Shown: positions 56,690-64,000 of the stretch, one piece after another
How the letters are laid out: every line of letters begins with the position of its first letter
Position numbering within the stretch: the stretch's first letter is position 1
Source of the DNA: Eledone cirrhosa
Taxonomy: Eukaryota
Direction: 5' to 3'
Length of the DNA stretch: 64,000 nucleotides
NCBI GenBank assembly: GCA_964016885.1
Contig: OZ024741.1
Span: 46,190,001 to 46,254,000, forward strand
Program-made: the position numbers and the translations under genes
Notes under the pieces: model-generated
What the model was told of the DNA's origin: nothing
The model's input: the letters and a program-made list of their open reading frames with translations, nothing else
Databases searched by the model: none

Positions 56690-57435
56690 TCGTTCAGTAC
56701 TATATGAACATGCCAGACAACAACACGACGGTAACATAGACAACATAGAAATTAGAATAATATCTAAACATAGAAATGACCCAGCAGATAGGCAAATCAG
56801 AGAGGCCAGCGAAATAGAACTTAGAAGGCCAAGGCGAAACAAAAGAAATGAATGGAATAACAACAACACCCAAACAAACAATACTGACCTAAGAGAAGTA
56901 TAAATAAATAAATAAATACATACACACGCACAATAACAACAAACACATATAAACACACACTAGTAAACTAAGATAGAATTCAATAACCAATACACAGTCA
57001 CTCAAACCCGAACACACATCAAACACTATACTCACACGCAAACGCGTGCGCAGAGAAGACAAAAACATAAATAAATAAATAAATAAATAAACAGACTAAA
57101 TAAAGACGGCGTAGGCATACAATACAACAGGAGGAAACATAATAGCACCACTGACGATGTTGCAGATATGCAACGAAAGAACTTTGTTAGACTATATATA
57201 TATGTGTTTGTGTCTATATTATATCTGTATTTTTGACCGTTGGTCAGTCAATGGTAACATTGAGGACCGAATATATTAAATTAACCGATATAAAAGACCC
57301 AGAAGCGAAAACCAACCAAACAGTGAGTGTGTTCTGTTATTAATTCTGGCAATATTATTACACAAATATGACCCTCCCCAAGTATAACAATATTTGTTTC
57401 GACACACGATTTCATATCAAAAACCTCGCAAAACT
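56690..57435 (+). mobile_element. 5'-truncated Nematis-like PLE, second subfamily
   Basis: Peptide SVLYEHARQQHDGNIDNIEIRIISKHRNDPADRQIREA..RNKRNEW. Hammerhead CTGACGA-t-gttgca..tgcaac-GAAA-gaac-TT at about 57147-57186. Terminus homologous to 31131-31210. Confidence 0.8.
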
Positions 57436-57448
57436 ATATATATATATA

Positions 57449-57898
57449 TTAAAAAAGGAAAAGAATGACTTCACTTGTAGTGCTAAACAATTTTATTTTA
57501 TAATATAATCTTACAATTTGGTTTTGTAGATCCAGTAAGTTCTTTGTTAACTTCGCTGGGGAGACTTTTAAAGATTCCCGGTTAACTTTCCTGGAGAACT
57601 TTATCGCGTTCGTCGGTGGCGATTGACAAACTGATCTCAAAGAATCGCCACCGACGAATTGTCAAACTGTCAAACAATCGCCACGAGACTCTCCAGATGG
57701 TTCTCCAGGAAAGTTAACCAGGAATCTTTAAAAGTCTCCCCACCAAAATTAACAAAGAACTTACTAGATCTGCAAAACCAAATTGTAAAATTATAATATT
57801 ATAAAATTAAATCAAATTGTTTAGAACTACAAGTGAAGTCATTATTTTCCTTTTTTCTAAATATACCTAACTGTACCAAGGATTCCACACAATTTCCA

Positions 57899-57900
<2 letters not shown>
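57449..57900 (+). mobile_element. Fold-back insert with nested inner inverted repeat and a degenerate hammerhead-like motif
   Basis: Arms about 57449-57599 and 57700-57865. Inner IR ttcgtcggtggcgatt / aatcgccaccgacgaa. CAGATGG..GAAA-GTTAAC. Confidence 0.65.
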
Positions 57901-57992
<92 letters not shown>

Positions 57993-58117
57993 CTTTTGTA
58001 TACAACGGAAGTTGTTCTTTGTTATGCGTCGACACAAACAGACAGAAAAAGATAAGAAATAAAAAGATAGTATTCTTCTCTCTCTCTCTCTCTCTCTCTC
58101 TCCCTCTCTCTCTCTCG

Positions 58118-58151
<34 letters not shown>

Positions 58152-58291
58152 TACTTCTTCTCTTCTTTAGGTTACACACAAATCTGGTTCTTTTACTCAT
58201 CTTCTTCGCTCTCTTACTTTTTGGGACAACAACAATAACAAAAATAAGGTCCACTCATATGTTTATCTATCTACATATTTTAGAATTTTAT

Positions 58292-58308
58292 TTCTTCTTC
58301 TTCTTCTT

Positions 58309-58339
<31 letters not shown>

Positions 58340-59575
58340 TTCATGAGAGGGTCGTGGAGGAAGAGTCCTCAAACACTCATTTCCTATGGTCATGTCAGAA
58401 GCAACCATCACCAATTGATCCTGCTGGGTGTCCAAGCGAGACCAACCAAGTTAATGGGTGTTATCCGGCCATCTTGCTTGAGGTCTACCACTGGGTTTCC
58501 TGCCGGTTGGTTTTGCTCGTAAAATCTGTTCAGCGATTTTTTTCCTGTGACATTCTAACCACATGTCCATGATATCGGAGCGTTGATCTCTCAATTCAGA
58601 GAAGTATAGCTCTGATTTCCGAGCTACGCACTCTGTCGAGTAACATTACTCCAAAGACCATTCGGAGAAACCTCATTTCAGCCGCTTGTATTTGCGACCG
58701 TATTCTTTCAGCCATTACACAAGATTCATGACCATAGGTAAGGGTTGGCACGAATACTGAAAAGAAGATAAGGAGTTTTGCTTTTACACCTACCTCCCTT
58801 CTGATTTATAAATGTTGAAGCTGGTACATTATTGAGCAGCTCCTGCAACTCTTGCACTTAATTCAACCTCCTGCCTTCTATCACTCATGAACACAGCGCC
58901 AAGATACTAGAACTTCTCCAATTGCTTCAGTGGAACTCCACTCACATGTAGAGTGCTCTGTACTGGTTTCCTTGAGAGAAAGAGTATCTCAGTTTTCGCA
59001 TCATTGATTTATATTCTAGCCCTGCAGCACACGGCATCAAACTTATCAAGTGCAAGTTGATCACCTTCTGATGAGTAAAGTAATACCATGTCGTCTGTAA
59101 ATTCTAGCTAACTGATCCTACACCCGCTAGTCATGATACTGCGGCTGCGCATGTCAATCCATAAATTATAAACAGGAGTAATGACAGTATGTAATATTGG
59201 CGGTGTCTGACTCCCACATTGAATGGTTTCGATTTAGCACCATTTATCCGAACACAAATACTCGGATATTCGTGTAATGATTTCAGGGCAACAAGAAGCT
59301 GTCCATCGATCCCATACTCCTGCAGGACCTTCCACAACAGGTTCCGCTGGCGTATGCCTTTTTGAAGTCTACAAAGCAAGAATACATCTGTTGGCAGTAC
59401 TCCCACAATTTCTCAAATACTTGCTGTAGTGTGAATATTTGGTCGGCTATGCTGCGTTCGGGGTAGGTAAAAACCACCCTTTTTATCAGCTAGCTTGGAC
59501 TCAACAATCTCCCTACATCTGTTTGTCAGACATATACCATAGACTTTACTGGGGAGGCTCACCAAGGAGATCCTA
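58292..59575 (-). mobile_element. Degenerate 5'-truncated RTE-clade LINE with (GAA)n tail
   Basis: DQIFTLQQVFEK..FVDFKKAY, LWKVLQEYGI..VRING, C-terminal GRKPSGRPQARW, (TTC)n at 58292-58338. Confidence 0.85.
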
Positions 59576-59895
59576 CCTATCTATCGTATTTGTTTTTCAT
59601 GTTGTTGCTATTGTTGTTATTGTAGCATTGGGTGTATATGATGGCCAACATTACGTTCTCCTTCCCGTTTTTTATTTCAATATCCTAGCCCACACACTCT
59701 TCGTCTTTTTATATTGCACACACATACACACTTATAACTATGTACGACAGTTGATTTTCTAATCTACCTCTATAAGTACCTAACTATAACTGAGGTATTG
59801 TTGATACTGTAGTTCTAGTTGTATGTGGGTTAATACTACTATAATATGCATGACTTGGCAAGCTATTTAGAACACTGGTTTAACCGCTTTACTTC

Positions 59896-59930
59896 CCTCC
59901 GAAGAAGAGATATTATCTCGAAAATTAAGG
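59896..59930 (+). ncRNA. Minimal hammerhead motif with one core mutation
   Basis: cct-CCGAAGA-a-gagat-att-atctc-GAAA-at-TA-agg. Confidence 0.55.
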
Positions 59931-60102
59931 ACATTTAAATAAATCTAAGGTAAAAGACTAATTGTCAACAATATTTTTTGCATTTGCATTCTTCATTCTA
60001 TGTCCATACCTGCATTATTTTGGCTTTATTATACATATACAAACGTTTATACTATAATATATTTCAATGGTCTTAAGATGGAATATGTGGAAGCCCTGAA
60101 CG

Positions 60103-60222
60103 AGAAGAAGAAGAAGAAGAAGAAGAAGAAGAAGAAGAAGAAGAAGAAGAAGAAGAAGAAGAAGAAGAAGAAGAAGAAGAAGAAGAAGAAGAAGAAGAAG
60201 AAGAAGAAGAAGAAGAAGAAGA
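60103..60222. repeat. (GAA)n microsatellite
   Basis: Direct reading. Confidence 0.97.
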
Positions 60223-60431
60223 GAGCAGGTCAATGAAAACTCTGGATATTAAATGTTTTTCACATAGAATCAAAGAATTATTAAATTAAATATGTTTTTC
60301 TCAATATATACCGTTAATTTTGATGGGTACTATGCTAGTATATATAGTGGAATAAACATATTAGATTTCAAGTATAAGATATAATCTACTTGCAACATGA
60401 ATTGTAAGACGTGAATATATATATTTATGTA

Positions 60432-60532
<101 letters not shown>

Positions 60533-60574
60533 GCATGTATATATGTGAGTATATAATCTTATAAACTCGTATTA

Positions 60575-60658
60575 GCGCCTGAAGAATGGTCACTATTTTG
60601 ATGACTCTTGTTTTCTGGAGGTATGGTCAAAATTCGGCCTTGAAACCTGGGGTAGTGT
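60575..60658 (+). ncRNA. Type I hammerhead motif with long stem II
   Basis: gcgc-CTGAAGA-atggtc..attttga...tcaaaat..ggcctt-GAAA-cctgggg-TA-gtgt. Confidence 0.7.
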
Positions 60659-61435
60659 CTTTGTTCCGTGTATGAACATAAATAAATAATATATATATAT
60701 GTAAATCATAAAAACTATTATTTTACTTTTAGATGTTGTTTTCTCTATTGCATTTCTTTTTTAATTTAAGCTTTTAACATAGTTTAAGCTTATAATATAA
60801 ATAGAGAAAAAGAGCATCTACGCCAGCATGGTTTAGAGTCTTCGACCAATGAAATTCTGGATGCTATTGCTACTTACAGCAATTTATTTGACTAATTCTA
60901 TCAAATACATTTTAAAGAGACGCCTGTGAGATTTGAACCAAAAATGTCTTCTGAAATATACATAGTTCAACGGTTTACTGTTGCTACGACATCGAAATAT
61001 GTAAAGAATATCAGTTAGTAATCACGCCAAATAGTTATATGATAGCATACTTCCATAGAGAACTGTTATTTACTATTATAGTAATTTATAAAATACTTTT
61101 GAGAGACATCTCTTTGTATCAAAGAGAGAACAGCATGTAATTTAGTTGAGAAATTTTCGAAAACGCTCCAGTTTTCCTTAAGTGTAGTTTCCAAAACTAT
61201 TAAATTATATGCTGAGCTATCAAAGTAAAGTATATGCTATATAGGCTGAATTTTCCAAAAATTGCCACAGGGGAGGCGGAACCAGACGAGCTGTTTCAGC
61301 TGTACAGGACAAATGATTCAATAAACGCGACTAACTTTATAAATGTTAAATTGACAGCATCTCAGAATAGAACCACATTTACAGCAACAGGCATATTTTT
61401 CGGTGTTTAACATTTCAATATGAAAAGCTCTGAAT

Positions 61436-61532
<97 letters not shown>

Positions 61533-61887
61533 GCGTGTGTGTGTTTGCATGAGTGTGTGTGTGTGTATCTGTCTGTGTCTGTGTCTGTGTGTATGTGTAT
61601 GTCTGCATCTGTGAGTGTGTGCGTGTGTGGGTGTGCCTGCGTTAGTGCGTGTGTGTGTCTGCGTGTGTGTGTATGTGTGTGTGTGTATGCATGCGTGAGT
61701 GTGTGTGTGAGAGAGAGAGAGTCTGTACATGTGTGAGTGTATGTATATTTCTAATTGTTTGAATTCTTCCTGTAAAAAAAATCCCATCCTTGGAATTTGG
61801 ATGACAAAAACGCTGGGTGTGACATTTAAACTTTAGAGACGACTTGAATAATAGTACTGTTACATTTACAAATTGTTTATGTGTATG

Positions 61888-62025
<138 letters not shown>

Positions 62026-62092
62026 CGTAGGTATTATATATATATATATATATCACAAAATATCATTGGGAAAATCTGCTTCGTAGAATCAA

Positions 62093-62179
62093 GACGTTTC
62101 TGAGGACCTTGCAATTTTCAGAGTCAGGTTCGATCATCACATCGATCGTGCCTCACCAGAGAAACGATTGTAATATGTC
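62093..62179 (+). ncRNA. Type I hammerhead motif in the TA-flanked insert 62050-62305
   Basis: gacgttt-CTGAGGA...GAAA-cgattg-TA-atatgtc. An 11-bp inverted arm at 62050-62060 matches 62219-62229. Confidence 0.65.
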
Positions 62180-62325
62180 CAATAAATTCCATTCGTCGCA
62201 ACACTGATTTTCTTTTTTTTTTGTGATATCATACTCTGCTCTATGAGAGCATCGAGTGCTCAAACGGCCTACCGCATACCGACGCTTTAAGCATCCACCA
62301 CCAATTATATATATATATATATATA

Positions 62326-62930
62326 TAAACGGAAAAAATGAAACGATATTTCATTTCCCACTCTTAGTACGGCTGTTACTTAAATATAAGTATGTACACG
62401 TACATACATATATGTATACCGACGTACAGTAGTATGTATATATATATATACGTACATGCACACATATATATATGCACGTATGGATTCACCGAACATTTAT
62501 TATAATGCTCGGTGTGTTTGTAAACAAGAGTGGGAAATGAAATATCGTTTCATTTTTTCCGTTTATCGTTTTCGGTGCACACGGCCGATTAACCCACTCG
62601 ATATGCAAATTGGGCTACTCAGCCGTTAATATACATAAGGTAAGTATATACGTTCAACAATCTGGCAGGAAGGTATACGTTGCTGATGATAGCTAACAAG
62701 CTTGAAACTAGTACAGCGTTCCTTTGTCAGTGTTGAACAAACGAGCAACGGTGGTTGCTAGACACTACGGCTTAATACGGGATGTTTGTTTACAAACACA
62801 CCGAGCATTATAATAAATGTTCGGTGAATCCATACGTGCATATATATATATGTGTGCATGTATGTATATATATATATATACATACTACTGTACGTCGGTA
62901 TACATATATGTATGTACGTGTACATACTTA
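62326..62930 (+). mobile_element. Retrozyme-like hammerhead unit with inverted arm (family of 31313)
   Basis: Inverted arm 62326-62526 and forward unit 62528-62930, homologous to 31313-31965. Confidence 0.75.
62677..62719 (+). ncRNA. Minimal type I hammerhead ribozyme
   Basis: acgttg-CTGATGA-t-agct-aaca-agct-t-GAAA-CTAG-TA-cagcgt. Confidence 0.82.
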
Positions 62931-63189
62931 TATATATATATATATATATTAAAAAGTGAGGTTTTTTTCACAAAATGAAAAATAACCGAGGTGTCCTACA
63001 CGAGTGAAAGTATAAAGTAAAAAAGATGAAATCGAAAATGCAACTGGAGTCTTATTTAAAAAAATATATATATATATTTGTTTGGTTCCTTTACCGGTTT
63101 CGCAGTTCTTCTGCTTTTCAAAAGTAGAGTTGAGATGGAGGGTTTGTGGTTTTTCTCAGATCTCTCTCTCTATATATATATATATATGC

Positions 63190-64000
63190 AGAGGTTATAT
63201 TTAATTTGTTGGGATTCAACAAGCTTAAACATTTTTATAACTGATATAAACCACTCAATTGATTAGTGGACTAAATACACAATATATTAATAAATGGAAA
63301 CTATATTTATAAAACCCTATTTATTTTATTATACATATTTCAAGGGCAACCAAGGCAAATTATGGTGCGCTTTCATCAGAAAAAAAGACAACCTTAACGG
63401 TTGGAGCTTCCTGGAGATAGTGCATTTATTGAGGGTGATACAAAATTATGAGTGAGTATCCAAATGAGTGTCCGAAATGTTGAAAAGATAACGGTTCATT
63501 TAAATTAAACTGTTGGAAGATGATATGTAAGGGAGAGAGGAAAAAAGAAAAAAAGAAAAAAAGAAAAAAAGAAAAAAAGAAAAAAAGAAAAAAAGAAAAA
63601 AGAAATACACTCTATTTTCACTATCAATATATATAATCGTTCTTTCTTTCTTCTTCTATCTTTCTCCTTTCTTTTTTCTTTTTTCTTTTTTCTTTTTTTC
63701 TTTTTCTCTTTTTTTCTTTTTTTCTTTTTTTCTTTTTTTCTTTTTTTCTCTCTCCCTTACATATCATCTTCCAACAGTTTAATTTAAATAAACCGTTATC
63801 TTTTCAATATTTCGGACACTCATTTGCATACTCACTCATAATTTTGTATCACCCTCAATAAATGTAATATCTCCACTATCCAGGAAGCTCCAACCGTTAA
63901 GGCTGTCTTTTTTTCCGGGTATGTCAATATTTATTCCTAAAACAAATCTGTATTCTATCTGATGAAAGCGCACCATAATTTGCCTTGGTTGCCCTTGAAA
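63190..64000 (-). mobile_element. Fold-back hammerhead insert running off the window end
   Basis: 63338-63600 is inverted at about 63660-64000. Hammerheads at 63322-63383 (-) and 63951-64000 (+): CTGATGA-aagcgcacca..tggttgccctt-GAAA-tatgta-TA. Confidence 0.8.

Overview
Eukaryotic, AT-rich, microsatellite-dense animal DNA. The SINE families resemble those of Octopus, which I inferred by recognition and did not check by search. About 21 kb (6.8-28.2 kb) is a GTGTG/GTGTA pentamer satellite with a homogenised 50-bp unit. The rest is mostly mobile DNA: a degenerate near-full-length Penelope-like element (PLE; RT + GIY-YIG, Hydra-type CxCX5CX5C linker), two truncated Nematis-like PLE endonuclease remnants, a 2.8-kb non-coding PLE derivative, an RTE LINE, tRNA-derived SINEs, a possible Helitron and a few candidate host exons. 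The main signal is about 25 type I hammerhead ribozyme motifs (CTGANGA...GAAA...UH) from more than ten unrelated sequence families, nearly all in short inserts embedded in (TA)n. Most families have their own palindromic stem III. Many inserts are asymmetric fold-backs: one arm carries a 50-150 nt tail and the inverted arm stops at an internal TA-rich motif. One family is a ~410-nt tandem non-coding retrozyme-like unit with a conserved ATGCAAAT octamer. Almost all ORFs in the supplied track are microsatellite artefacts. All coordinates and alignments were read by eye.
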